Below are positions 37,549 to 47,208 of a stretch of DNA of 53,939 bases, piece by piece. Within the stretch, counting starts at the first letter, position 1, and every line of letters begins with the position of its first letter. This DNA is from a virus (taxonomy: Duplodnaviria > Caudoviricetes). The stretch is taken from positions 1 to 53,939 of the IMG/VR virus record IMGVR_UViG_3300037311_000136. One strand, given 5' to 3'. Both the position numbers and the translations under genes were made by a program. A model generated the notes under the pieces. It worked only from the letters and a program-made list of their open reading frames with translations, searched no databases and was not told where the DNA came from.

Positions 37549-38127
37549 TTAGGTTGTTGCGGAGGAACCGTCAACATAACTGACATACCAGCGCACGCGG
37601 CCGGCTGTCAAAGCAGTGGTTGCAACAACGGCATTCAGTACGCGGGTTGCAGCAAGACGGGTAAAGGCGGTTGCCGAAGCATCTTTTGCGCTTGTGGCCG
37701 CGCCGTTGGCAGTGATTGCCGACGCTGTCAAGTTGCCTTCGGTTGCGACGTTTAGGCGGATTGTGCCCAAACTATCTGCGCTTGTGGGGGCAATTGCAAT
37801 TTCTTGTACGATGCTTTGGATGATGGCGCCCGCGGGCAAAGAAACGCCCAGCGGAATAGTGCTGATAGCGCCGCCGTCGGTAGCAAAGTCATACACTGCA
37901 ACTACAACACTTGCCGAGTTTTTAGCGGCTTGCGCTGCGGCGGCTGCGGCCAACTGGTCAAGCGCCTCGTCCTGCGCGGTTGGGGCAGGGCTCCAGTTTG
38001 CTGGCACAGCCGGTGTAAATTCTTCCGCTGTTTGCAGCACTTTAACTTCGCGCTGTCCCAGGCGGGGCCGGGGGTACGCGGTCGCAAGGGCCAACTGTTC
38101 GGACTTATTAAGTGGTTGTCCTGACAT
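37549..38127 (-). CDS. Capsid decoration / minor head protein
   Basis: YDFATDGGA...LPAGAII...LTAGRV beta-sandwich pattern; downstream of MCP. Confidence 0.55.
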   Translation of the reverse strand: MSGQPLNKSEQLALATAYPRPRLGQREVKVLQTAEEFTPAVPANWSPAPTAQDEALDQLAAAAAAQAAKNSASVVVAVYDFATDGGAISTIPLGVSLPAGAIIQSIVQEIAIAPTSADSLGTIRLNVATEGNLTASAITANGAATSAKDASATAFTRLAATRVLNAVVATTALTAGRVRWYVSYVDGSSATT

Positions 38128-38196
38128 TAAGAATCCTCCATGTTGACGCCGCGACAGGGGGCATCAGCTTTTATAATGCAGGAAGTTACGCGGTTG

Positions 38197-39018
38197 TCAA
38201 GAGGTTGGTGGGGCGGGCTTTTTCCACAGAATGGGCTGAAGCGCTGCAATCCTGGGAGCTTCCTCTAGCAGTGCATGCCAAGCTGCTGTATTTACTGCGC
38301 GTTTTTGATATTCATTTACCTTTTTCCAGCCCAGTTCTTTCTTTATTTTATGAAAAGCTCTGGCTCGAGACACTACACTAAGAAACCAGCTATAGCACTG
38401 TCCTATTGTTTCTGTGATAACTTTTCGTTTAACATTAGCCATATCCGCTTTTAAGCACCAGGTAATGATGTCCCAATCGTCTTGGTAACGTAAGTTCTTG
38501 TTAAATTTAATTTTTTGTTTAATTTCATAAAACAGCGTATCTTTTAGTGCAATGCCATGAATCTGTACGTAAGACACAGTATAGTCTTGAGCAATCTTTT
38601 TTACGGACTCTTTATTGGTATATCTCGTTAAAATATCAATGACCTGCTCTTCGGTAAAATTTGACCGTGCTTTTGATAAGTTGTCTTTTTGTTTTCGACT
38701 TTTTGTTACTCCTCGATTAGAGCCAGCTGTTGGCGAGATATTAAAAAAAGGCTTACGTGTGTTTATGTAATACTGCTCCCGTTCGATGCATTTATCTGGT
38801 TCTACAAGTTCTAGTACTTCTATTCGCAAGTTTTCTATACCATACTTGTTGACCCAATTTTGTAGCCGGGGCGAATGGTGTTTGTTATTTCTAAGGTGGT
38901 TGCGGTGGGTACTCCATCGCGTGGCAAGCGACAAGGAGGCGGAACCTACGTATTCTTTATCGCCAGCAATTATTACGTAAATTCCCGTCTTGTTATGATA
39001 TCCTGTTGGTAAAATCAT
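38197..39018 (-). CDS. Free-standing GIY-YIG homing endonuclease
   Basis: GIYVI...YVGSA, RW..H, EREQYYI, FNISPTAGS; AT-rich; GGGAGG RBS before ATG 39018. Confidence 0.9.
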   Translation of the reverse strand: MILPTGYHNKTGIYVIIAGDKEYVGSASLSLATRWSTHRNHLRNNKHHSPRLQNWVNKYGIENLRIEVLELVEPDKCIEREQYYINTRKPFFNISPTAGSNRGVTKSRKQKDNLSKARSNFTEEQVIDILTRYTNKESVKKIAQDYTVSYVQIHGIALKDTLFYEIKQKIKFNKNLRYQDDWDIITWCLKADMANVKRKVITETIGQCYSWFLSVVSRARAFHKIKKELGWKKVNEYQKRAVNTAAWHALLEEAPRIAALQPILWKKPAPPTS

Positions 39019-39021
39019 AGA

Positions 39022-39063
39022 CCCTCCCTGCCTGGGAATACCAGATAGGGAGGGCCTTGTCAA
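39022..39063 (-). promoter_or_regulatory. RBS-sequestering hairpin with overlapping sigma70-like promoter
   Basis: CCCTCCCT/AGGGAGGG plus CTGG/CCAG stems; TTGACA-17-TATTCC on the minus strand. Confidence 0.65.
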
Positions 39064-39102
39064 ATACGGCTAGAAGATTAATCTAACCTATTGATATACT
39101 TA

Positions 39103-40491
39103 TTAACTCACACTCATATTTGTTAAAACAGCGATTGCAGCCGCGCGTGTTGGTACAACGACGGCCCTTTGCTCCATAAAAAGCTGCAAGGCGTCGGAAT
39201 AACCAGCGCCGCTTGCGGAAGTGCGCAAGAACTGGTTTTGGCCGCCAGCAGAAATTGTGCTGATGTCTGTTCCGTAGTACTCAAGTGCCGACTTGCCTTC
39301 TGGCGTTTTGCTGTCAGGCATAATGTAGACGCGGCGAGTTTTACAGAATTCATCCTTGCACAGCTTGATGGACGAGCTGCGGTCGCCTGAGTTGTGTAAG
39401 TACACTAGCTCAGACTGTCCACGAGTGTGGTCGCCAACGCTAACCAACCGGCGGTCAGTTTCGTTGATTTCCAGTAGCTGTTCCCAGACTTCTGCCGAAG
39501 TAACGGCTTTCTTGTACTGGTATGCGCCTGCGCCGGTGCGGCGTTCAGCGTCATCCAACACCTGAGCAAAGAATGTCAAGGACAGTGCATTGCCGCCGCA
39601 GTCCAAGCGTGTTCCGCCCTGCTGTCCACTCATGGTAATGCCCATGACGTTACGGCCGTCGTTAGCAGACAATGACTCAATACCTGCCAACACTTCTGTC
39701 AGCGTGCTGTAGTCTTGGTTGCCGATAGTTGTCAAGTTAGGAACAGTTTCCTGAACTTGGCGGTACATAACGTTTGTAGCAACAATGTTCGAAGCTGTCA
39801 AAGCCAAAGGCTGGCCAGCTGCGTTAACGGGCTGCAACTGAACGATTGAGCCGCGGATGTCTGGAGCAATGCGCACTTTGTAGGCGAAGAACGTGCCCGT
39901 CACTGTGGGGGTGACTGCCACGCCGGCCTGGGTAGCAACTTTAACCAAGTCGCCTTCCTGGAAGTTTGCAGCTACGCCGCGTGCCGTGTCGGCCTGTGAA
40001 ATAGAGACAGTGGCAAAGCCGCCTGCGCCTGTGGTGTCAACTGCGTTTGCAGCTGCTTCGCCCAAAACGCCTGTTCCGTCGCCCATAAGCTCCATTGCCA
40101 ACACGCGAGCGAAGGCCATAGCTTTCAAGTCGATTTCAACTTCCAGGGGCTTGACGTACGCTGGGCCCAAAGCCGCGCGCTCGATAACCTGGCGAGACAT
40201 TTCAACAGTTGCCTGGTGCAGCTTCAGGATAGCTGTGTTTTCCTGCTGAGTCGAAGCCGAGCCGGCAGGGAAAGTTGCGATGCTGCCCAAAGGCTGCGGC
40301 GCAATTGCGGCATATCCGGGCGTGGTGTAATACAGGAACTTGATGTCTTTTGCGCCCGAGTCAGCAACGCGCAACTTGCGGAACAAGTCCCACATTGGAG
40401 AAACGCGAGCAAACATTCCGGTGTAGCCTTGGTTAAACCGCGTCTGCAGTACCTGGCCAATTGCTACCAAGTTAATATTCGAAATAGCCAT
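39103..40491 (-). CDS. Major capsid protein
   Basis: 462 aa after the scaffold; GDGTG motif; synteny. Confidence 0.75.
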   Translation of the reverse strand: MAISNINLVAIGQVLQTRFNQGYTGMFARVSPMWDLFRKLRVADSGAKDIKFLYYTTPGYAAIAPQPLGSIATFPAGSASTQQENTAILKLHQATVEMSRQVIERAALGPAYVKPLEVEIDLKAMAFARVLAMELMGDGTGVLGEAAANAVDTTGAGGFATVSISQADTARGVAANFQEGDLVKVATQAGVAVTPTVTGTFFAYKVRIAPDIRGSIVQLQPVNAAGQPLALTASNIVATNVMYRQVQETVPNLTTIGNQDYSTLTEVLAGIESLSANDGRNVMGITMSGQQGGTRLDCGGNALSLTFFAQVLDDAERRTGAGAYQYKKAVTSAEVWEQLLEINETDRRLVSVGDHTRGQSELVYLHNSGDRSSSIKLCKDEFCKTRRVYIMPDSKTPEGKSALEYYGTDISTISAGGQNQFLRTSASGAGYSDALQLFMEQRAVVVPTRAAAIAVLTNMSVS

Positions 40492-40529
40492 ACTAGTCGT
40501 AACCTTTCTTTATATCAAGCTTGGCGCTA

Positions 40530-41699
40530 TTATTTGCTGCGCCAGCCTAAAGCCGAAGAGAGTGCCTCCGCAAAACCACTTTTGCGGGAGCTGGAACCTG
40601 GGGACTGGGAACCGCTAGCACTCTGTCCTGCGCCGGGGGAGGTACGCACGCCAACTGCTGCGGCGGCGGCCTCCTGGGCCTTAACGCGTGACTGAGTCTG
40701 GGAGTCGCGAGTCTTAGTTTGAATAAGACTTTCGATATCCCTGCTATAGAAATCTCTAGCACGTCTGAAGGCTCTGTCAATGACATGGGCCGGAATCTCG
40801 TCGTCGTCCCGCAAAGTAGACGTTAACTTATCTAGCTGCTCGTAGGCCATTTCTTTAATCTGGCGGTTAAGGACAGTTTCTAAGTTTGGGCTGCCAAGTT
40901 TGCCGGACAGGGAGTACTTCTGCTCAAACGGGGTAATCTCTTGCTGCAGGGCGCGAATGTCCATTTCTTGCTGGCGCTTTTCGGCTGCTTCAAGGGTTTT
41001 TTGCAGACGCTGTTCGTACTGCTCGCGGGTGCGACGTTCTTGTACAAGTTGCATTTCAATTTCTTTTTTGGCGCGCTCGGAGGGCGTCATTTCTTCCCAC
41101 TCAAGCCGTTCCTTGTACTTGCCTTCAAGGAAATCAGTTAGTGCCTTGCCCTTGCCGTCTCCACCAAGCAGCTTGTCGATAACGCCTTCCTTGCCAAAGT
41201 TTGAGAAAGTTTCTTCAAGGCTGCTCCAGTTTTCGTGCGACTTTTTATAGGTGTCAACGTCTTGAACTTCCGCGCGGAACCTGTCCCGCTCCGCCTGCAT
41301 TTTGCGAAACCCGGCCGCCTGTTCCGCTAGTTTGTCCAGCTTTGACAAATCGCTCGGGTCATACAGAAACTTTGTCCGCTTGCCCGTTTCGTCTGTGACT
41401 GTAACTGCCCGCTTTTGGCCTTCGACTTTTGGCTTTTCTTCGGGAGACTCTTGTTTTGTTTGGACTTCTTCCTGCTGTTCCGCAGTTTCTGTAGGCTCTT
41501 CTTTGGCCGCCTTTAGTGCGTTTGACAAGTCCGCAGAGGATAGGGAAGCCGCGTCGCCTGCTTCTTCGTACTCGCCCGCGCGAGTTGTTGGCGGCGCCTC
41601 GTACGCCTCTGTAGCCCAGCCATTATCGGCCGCGCCCGTGTCCGGCGTATCCGGAGAGTTGTGAAATGGGGACAGTGAAAAATTACGGAACTGAAACAT
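40530..41699 (-). CDS. Capsid scaffolding protein
   Basis: Acidic coiled-coil protein between portal and MCP. Confidence 0.7.
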   Translation of the reverse strand: MFQFRNFSLSPFHNSPDTPDTGAADNGWATEAYEAPPTTRAGEYEEAGDAASLSSADLSNALKAAKEEPTETAEQQEEVQTKQESPEEKPKVEGQKRAVTVTDETGKRTKFLYDPSDLSKLDKLAEQAAGFRKMQAERDRFRAEVQDVDTYKKSHENWSSLEETFSNFGKEGVIDKLLGGDGKGKALTDFLEGKYKERLEWEEMTPSERAKKEIEMQLVQERRTREQYEQRLQKTLEAAEKRQQEMDIRALQQEITPFEQKYSLSGKLGSPNLETVLNRQIKEMAYEQLDKLTSTLRDDDEIPAHVIDRAFRRARDFYSRDIESLIQTKTRDSQTQSRVKAQEAAAAAVGVRTSPGAGQSASGSQSPGSSSRKSGFAEALSSALGWRSK

Positions 41700-41755
41700 A
41701 GTAACTCCTTTGGCCGTTCATGCGGCGAATTGCCGGGGAATGGGCCAAAGTTACT
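41700..41755 (-). promoter_or_regulatory. Long imperfect hairpin covering the scaffold RBS
   Basis: mRNA AGUAAC-UUUGGCC...GGCCAAA-GGA-GUUACU immediately before AUG. Confidence 0.65.
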
Positions 41756-41772
41756 CTGTCATATTGCTAGGG

Positions 41773-43779
41773 TTATGTCAAGCCGGGGATGGGCGGCAGT
41801 GCTCCTAGTGGCGACGGGGGCTCAGCGGATGCCGGCGGCTGTGCGGGTGTTGCCGCCTGTTTTAGATTTTCTGTATACTGCTGAATTAATTCTTGCACTT
41901 CCGCTTCTAGGTATTTGTATTCTGCAGTCATAATGTACTCTAGTGCGCATTCAAGCATTGCCTTGTAGTCCATGTTGGGCTGCAGCGGGACGACTGTTTT
42001 AATTTCTGCAATTGTTTTAATGTCTTCTTCAACTCTGCGCCGCGCAATCTGAACTCTGTCATAAATTCCTTGCAAGTCGGAAAACTTTAGTAGACGCAGC
42101 AGTGTAATCGGCGGCACGCCGGCTTCTTTAAACAGCGGCATGAGTCCCATAATTTCCTGTCTGCGAATTCCCGGGTCAAGACTAAAGGAGGTTCCATACT
42201 CGACGACTAAATCGTAACCGCCAAGCAAATCCGCTTTTTTAAAATCAATTGATTCAAATGCACGCTCCTCGCCTATCATTTGAATTGTTCTGTCTTCTGT
42301 ATAGTGTACCTGCATAAGTCCAAGAATATGTTTATACAGTTGCTCGACTGCGTCTACAAATTTGTTGAATAGACGCCGGCGAATCATGTTGCCCTGTTGA
42401 ACTGCATATTGCATAGCGCTTGTTGCCTGCTCGCGCGATTGCACGCCGAACATTGCTTCGTTAACGCCCATTGAATCGTCAATACCCTGTCTTCTCATTT
42501 GCCGCACTGTCATCACTGTCCCCGGGATTTCCGGTGGGCGCAGGTATTCTGGTCGGTAGCCCGCGCGATACACAATTACTTCGTTGGGGTTGTTGGTAAT
42601 TGCGGTTGGGTCGATGTCCGCGTCGTCCGGAATAAGCCACTTCATAGCGCCGGTGGCCTTGATATTGTCTAGCATTGTGCTGTCGAGGCGGTTCAGATAC
42701 TCCTGGTCGGACGCGGCGTATGATACCGTACTTGCGCCCCAGTACATGCCTGGTAAATCCAGGTCTGTTAGTAAGTGGTACGGAAGGAGTGCTTCTCCTG
42801 GCATTTCTTTTGGCAGTTTGCCCTGCTCAACTAGGCGCATTTCCTGCGACGTGAGTGGCCTGCGGAATCTGTAAGGCGATGGCGCGGGCTCGGAAAGCAG
42901 CGTGCCGTCTTCTAAGCACCACATAAACCGCCCTTGCTGGCCGTTCCAAGGCGCACCTTTTTCCCAGTACTGATAGCAGTTTACAAGTTTCTGCCACTTA
43001 GGCTGCTGGTCCGAAGAAATGCCTAGAGGCGAGTACGAGCCGACTGTTCCGTCCTGCCCGCCGTCCGCTTTATTGGCAAGTTCCTCAATCATTTCCCCCC
43101 TGTCTGGAAACTTGTGCAGGGCTTCTTCAAACGTCATTTGAACTTTTTCAAATACCCACTGAACTTTGCCCCAGCTATTTGCGTCGCAGTCTGGCCAGAA
43201 ATTCCAAACACTTAGTACATCAACGGAAATGTCCCCGTTCATTTCAACTTCGTTTGTTTCCGGATTAAATCCTGAAATTTCGCCTGCGTCCGGATTCCAT
43301 TGTGTTTTAAGAACTGCCGAGCCGTAAAGCAAAGTGTACCATGTCCACAAATCGGTATTGTTCTTAAGCGAAAACCGACGAAGGGAATAGTGCACGGCTG
43401 CATCTGCGGCCGTTGCGCAGCGCTGGTCACGGGCGTCTGGGGTTAGCGGCTTTGGCATGATAATTGGTGGGTTTGCGGAAATCTGCGAATGTACAAGACG
43501 AAGATTGCGCATAACGTAGTTCGAGCCTACGTTTGGAATTGTGCCCTCGGCGTCGGTATACTCTGCTGAGCCCATTAAGTCGGGGCCGCCATAGGTGCCG
43601 TCCCACTGCATATTTTTTGACGGCATGGTGGGTTCTGTGCCGCGCAGGTTAAATGCAATACGCTCGTTTAATCCCCACCGGCGTTCATGCGGAAGGCGGG
43701 CTTCTTTTGCGCGCTTTAGACGTTCTGCCAGTACGCGCTTAGCTTTTTCTTCCGACCACTGCTCAATCTTTTTCGCCAT
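41773..43779 (-). CDS. Portal protein
   Basis: 668 aa after TerL; YWG, SMGVNEAMFG, SREQATSA patterns of podovirus/P22-like portals. Confidence 0.85.
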   Translation of the reverse strand: MAKKIEQWSEEKAKRVLAERLKRAKEARLPHERRWGLNERIAFNLRGTEPTMPSKNMQWDGTYGGPDLMGSAEYTDAEGTIPNVGSNYVMRNLRLVHSQISANPPIIMPKPLTPDARDQRCATAADAAVHYSLRRFSLKNNTDLWTWYTLLYGSAVLKTQWNPDAGEISGFNPETNEVEMNGDISVDVLSVWNFWPDCDANSWGKVQWVFEKVQMTFEEALHKFPDRGEMIEELANKADGGQDGTVGSYSPLGISSDQQPKWQKLVNCYQYWEKGAPWNGQQGRFMWCLEDGTLLSEPAPSPYRFRRPLTSQEMRLVEQGKLPKEMPGEALLPYHLLTDLDLPGMYWGASTVSYAASDQEYLNRLDSTMLDNIKATGAMKWLIPDDADIDPTAITNNPNEVIVYRAGYRPEYLRPPEIPGTVMTVRQMRRQGIDDSMGVNEAMFGVQSREQATSAMQYAVQQGNMIRRRLFNKFVDAVEQLYKHILGLMQVHYTEDRTIQMIGEERAFESIDFKKADLLGGYDLVVEYGTSFSLDPGIRRQEIMGLMPLFKEAGVPPITLLRLLKFSDLQGIYDRVQIARRRVEEDIKTIAEIKTVVPLQPNMDYKAMLECALEYIMTAEYKYLEAEVQELIQQYTENLKQAATPAQPPASAEPPSPLGALPPIPGLT

Positions 43780-44041
43780 TGTCAGCGTTCTCCATTCGGT
43801 AGATAAACTCGCCCACTACTTCTCTTATCTCAGTTGGTAGTTTATGTTCAAGTGCTTTTAATTGCGACACGCATTTCTTGCGCCGGTCTTGCCCGCCGCA
43901 GGATTCGCAGTCTGCTTCCAGCGCCTCCGCCATCCAGTACTCTGCCTTTTCTTGCGGGGTTGGCGGCCTGCGTTTTTTTGGTGGGAGTGTACCAAACGCC
44001 GGCAAAACAATAAGCAATTGCAGCTGTTTTTTTGTATGCAT
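43763..44041 (-). CDS. Hypothetical protein
   Basis: GGGAGG RBS; operon continuity. Confidence 0.55.
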   Translation of the reverse strand: MHTKKQLQLLIVLPAFGTLPPKKRRPPTPQEKAEYWMAEALEADCESCGGQDRRKKCVSQLKALEHKLPTEIREVVGEFIYRMENADNGEKD

Positions 44042-44042
44042 T

Positions 44043-44213
44043 TTACCTCCCTCGTTTTATAGCAAACACATTTGCGGCGTGGTGGGCCGCGGCCATGGCA
44101 TGCCGTTGCTTTCTTTCTCTAGCTATAACTCTACGTTGCCTGATAATTGTAACAATTGCAAGGGTTACGATGGTAACTGCCACAAGGTACGCGCCGAAAA
44201 ACATAGCATACAT
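44043..44213 (-). CDS. Small membrane protein
   Basis: AGGAG RBS before ATG 44213; TM helix followed by basic residues. Confidence 0.6.
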   Translation of the reverse strand: MYAMFFGAYLVAVTIVTLAIVTIIRQRRVIARERKQRHAMAAAHHAANVFAIKRGR

Positions 44214-44235
44214 GGAAAATCTCCTGGGTAGCTGG

Positions 44236-45672
44236 TTACCAACGGCCGCGGGACAGGACATAGGAACGCGCGTTTGCTTTTTTGGGACGGGCCTGTTCCG
44301 CAAGATATTGTTTATACAGGAGCATGTCCCGCGTCATGGGGGCAGTGGTAACTACGTCCTTGGGCTTACTATCTACAAAATAGCGGAGGCAGTCAAGCAA
44401 GTGGAACTTTTTGGCGTTGGCTATCTTACCTGTGTCCTGGTCACTAAATACACAGGAGTTAATTTCGTCGATGAGGTTTTCGCACCAGGGCGCAATAAAC
44501 ACGCTTGTGCCTAATGCCTCTTGAGTTAGCGCAAACGTTTCCATTTTGCGGCCGGCTTTCTCAGTTACCGGCTCGTACTTAAGTCCTTTGGCCCTTGCCT
44601 CGTTTGCGTACCAGCTTGCAGCTGAATCGTAAACGCGTTTGACAATATTTAGATTACGTGTGGCCTTTTCAACTGCCGCGACAATAAGTGACGGCGTGTA
44701 GATGTTTTCCAAATAGTCTGCCCGTATAATGTACCACGCGTTTGTAAGCGGCGACTGCGCGGCAATTAGTAGCCCGTGTTTTGACTGCGTTGCTGGGTCA
44801 GACACTTCAACGTGCCGCCAGGAGGGTTGGTATTCTTCTGGCGCCAGTACCGCCCTGTCCGGGTCAAGCTGCAAAACAACGCCGTCGCCTTGGCTCCAAT
44901 CGCCTTCCAAAATAGTTTGCCGGTAGGCCGGGGGAAGGCCCGCAAGTTCGGTCATTACCTCGGCCTGTCTTTGCGGGTTATCTCTGTACACCGGGTTATC
45001 AAACATTTTGAATCTGTGGACTTTTTTGAATTCGTTGGGCGCTTCGACAAGCTTCTGTATTTCGGAAGACACTCCTTTTGGTGTAAACGTTCCGATAAAG
45101 TATCCGCCCTTTGAAGACACGCGGCGCTGCAGCTCTTCTATTAGTTTTGCTGTGCGTGGCATTTCATCAATCCAGGCGATGTGTCCGACAAAACCCTGCG
45201 CCTTTTCCCGGGCTTCATTTTCGCTATGAAACGACTGGAAAATAATTGTATTGCCGGTGGGGATGTGCACTACTTTTTTAAGTACGCTGCCGACGCGCAC
45301 TTCCTGTATTTCGGACGGGTCAAGAAGTCCGCGGAGTTTGCTGCCGTAAATATTCTCTTCCGCCATTTGACTTGTGCGTGTCATTACAAGCATAAGCAAT
45401 GGTTCGTTTCCCCACTCTTTTGGGCGAACAAACGTTGGATGGGAACCTTCTAGCAGCCAGGAAATTAGTCTTGCCGCACTAGAGGACTTGCCGGATTGTG
45501 AGCCCGCTGTAACCCAGTGATATCTATGGGATTGAAAGTTATAGAGAAACTCGCGCTGCGCGTTGGTAGGCGTGGAATCCGGGTTGCTTGCCTCAAAACA
45601 GCTTTGACGCTGAAGCTTGAGCTTCCGCGCCAGGATTACCTTTACAAGTGCGTCCGCTGTATTGGTTGACAT
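44236..45672 (-). CDS. terL: Terminase large subunit
   Basis: Walker A AGSQSGKS, Walker B AWIDE, TFTP, nuclease SDPA and HLLDCLRY. Confidence 0.92.
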   Translation of the reverse strand: MSTNTADALVKVILARKLKLQRQSCFEASNPDSTPTNAQREFLYNFQSHRYHWVTAGSQSGKSSSAARLISWLLEGSHPTFVRPKEWGNEPLLMLVMTRTSQMAEENIYGSKLRGLLDPSEIQEVRVGSVLKKVVHIPTGNTIIFQSFHSENEAREKAQGFVGHIAWIDEMPRTAKLIEELQRRVSSKGGYFIGTFTPKGVSSEIQKLVEAPNEFKKVHRFKMFDNPVYRDNPQRQAEVMTELAGLPPAYRQTILEGDWSQGDGVVLQLDPDRAVLAPEEYQPSWRHVEVSDPATQSKHGLLIAAQSPLTNAWYIIRADYLENIYTPSLIVAAVEKATRNLNIVKRVYDSAASWYANEARAKGLKYEPVTEKAGRKMETFALTQEALGTSVFIAPWCENLIDEINSCVFSDQDTGKIANAKKFHLLDCLRYFVDSKPKDVVTTAPMTRDMLLYKQYLAEQARPKKANARSYVLSRGRW

Positions 45673-45681
45673 GCAGGGCCT

Positions 45682-46305
45682 TTACATAGTGACGCGAACA
45701 TCTACAACTTGAACTGTGTCGGCGTTGGCTTTTGTAAGCGTTGCACGAACTAGATTGGCCGTCGGCAGCAGACTTGCGTCGGTAGAGTCTGCGTAGTTTA
45801 GGCTTAGGCGGGTTCCGCGCACGGCAGTAACTGTCATTCCGGAAGAGGCTACAGAAGCAACCACGTAAGCTTCGCTTCCAAGTGGAAGTAGTCTAATGGT
45901 GTTTGCGTCTACTACGCGTACTACGTACTTTGTGTTGGGCTGAAATTCTGGAGGAAGTGTTGTAGTTGCTGCAACCACAACCACACGCCCATTAGTTAAT
46001 CCATGAGCGGTTACCGTAATATCGGAAGAACCTGCAGGCACCGAGGCTGTTAGGTTTGTTGAGCTGGTAAGTGCCAAAGCCGAGCCAAGCGCAAACCAAA
46101 TTCCGTCGCCGTTAGATTGCTGCCACTGGATTTCCGTAGTGCCGGCAATAGTATCGCGGCCTGTGTAAACAGTTGCATCGAATAGCGCGCGCGATTCAGA
46201 GGTAACTGCAAACTCCGGTGAAATTGGCAGCGTTGTAAGTGCCGCGCCGGAAAAGTTGCGGGTAACATATTGTCCGGGCGAGCGGCGGGTAAGTCTGCGG
46301 CTCAT
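45682..46305 (-). CDS. Probable virion beta-rich protein
   Basis: ITVTAHGL...PNTKYVVRVVDANTIRL module like those in tail proteins. Confidence 0.5.
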   Translation of the reverse strand: MSRRLTRRSPGQYVTRNFSGAALTTLPISPEFAVTSESRALFDATVYTGRDTIAGTTEIQWQQSNGDGIWFALGSALALTSSTNLTASVPAGSSDITVTAHGLTNGRVVVVAATTTLPPEFQPNTKYVVRVVDANTIRLLPLGSEAYVVASVASSGMTVTAVRGTRLSLNYADSTDASLLPTANLVRATLTKANADTVQVVDVRVTM

Positions 46306-46625
46306 TATTTAACTTCTCCTGCATGTGACGAGAATATGGGAGTTAATTCAACGCTTCCGGAATTGGCGTCAAGTACTACCGAGCAGTAGTTCCAGTACGT
46401 TCCATTTTGCACTTTACGCGAAAATTCTTCCATTGGCAAGTACGATAGTAAAATTGTTGCAACCATGTTGTCTTCGTTTAAGAAGATATAATATGAGCTT
46501 GCCTCATACGTCCGCGTCTTTCTACCGATACGAACTTTTACTTTAGTAAAAGGTTTGTGGTGGTTTACTTTAGCAGATTTAGCTAGTTGTAGCGTTGTGT
46601 GGGCCAAAGATAAGGTAGGCGGCAT
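46305..46625 (-). CDS. Hypothetical protein
   Basis: GGAG RBS; stop/start coupling. Confidence 0.55.
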   Translation of the reverse strand: MPPTLSLAHTTLQLAKSAKVNHHKPFTKVKVRIGRKTRTYEASSYYIFLNEDNMVATILLSYLPMEEFSRKVQNGTYWNYCSVVLDANSGSVELTPIFSSHAGEVK

Positions 46626-46707
46626 GGTGTCTTCCTCCAGATGTGGCCCAGTTGTTGGGTGTATAGAAAGCTAGCATGTAATTTGCCCGGCCGCAAGGGG
46701 AAGGGAA

Positions 46708-47208
46708 CTACTTGACTTCCTTAGTATATCCTAATGCCACCAGCGCCTCGTCCAGCTCGCGGGAATCCATACTACCAACTTTAGAAAGCATATCAACTTC
46801 TTGCGCGTTCTTTTTAGGAAATGCATTGGCCAGTTCCATAAGAAGTCTTACTGCACCAAGCCTTGCGCTTTGGGCTTTTAACTCTTCGTTTGACAGAAGG
46901 CTGTCAAGCGCGTCCATTGCCTGGCTCATCATGTATACCTGGCGCACTTTTATTTCCGTACTATTCGACGCCCAGTCCCAAAATCCTGGCACTCCGGCCC
47001 AGACTTCTAACCGCCTGTCTGGGACAAGCGCTTGAATTCTTTCGGGTGTTAGTGGAGTTAGTCTGACATCAACGCCCTTTTCCTGGAGCGCCACCGTAAG
47101 TTTAGCCTTCCACAACTTTTGTGCATTGGATGGCTTAAAATCTCCGCCGTCTGTCTGCTGTGCCTGCAGGCTTCCTCCGCCCGCAACTACAATCCTAGAC
47201 TCGCTCAT
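46708..47208 (-). CDS. Putative terminase small subunit
   Basis: Helical protein with ARLGAVRLLMEL motif, upstream of TerL. Confidence 0.5.
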   Translation of the reverse strand: MSESRIVVAGGGSLQAQQTDGGDFKPSNAQKLWKAKLTVALQEKGVDVRLTPLTPERIQALVPDRRLEVWAGVPGFWDWASNSTEIKVRQVYMMSQAMDALDSLLSNEELKAQSARLGAVRLLMELANAFPKKNAQEVDMLSKVGSMDSRELDEALVALGYTKEVK

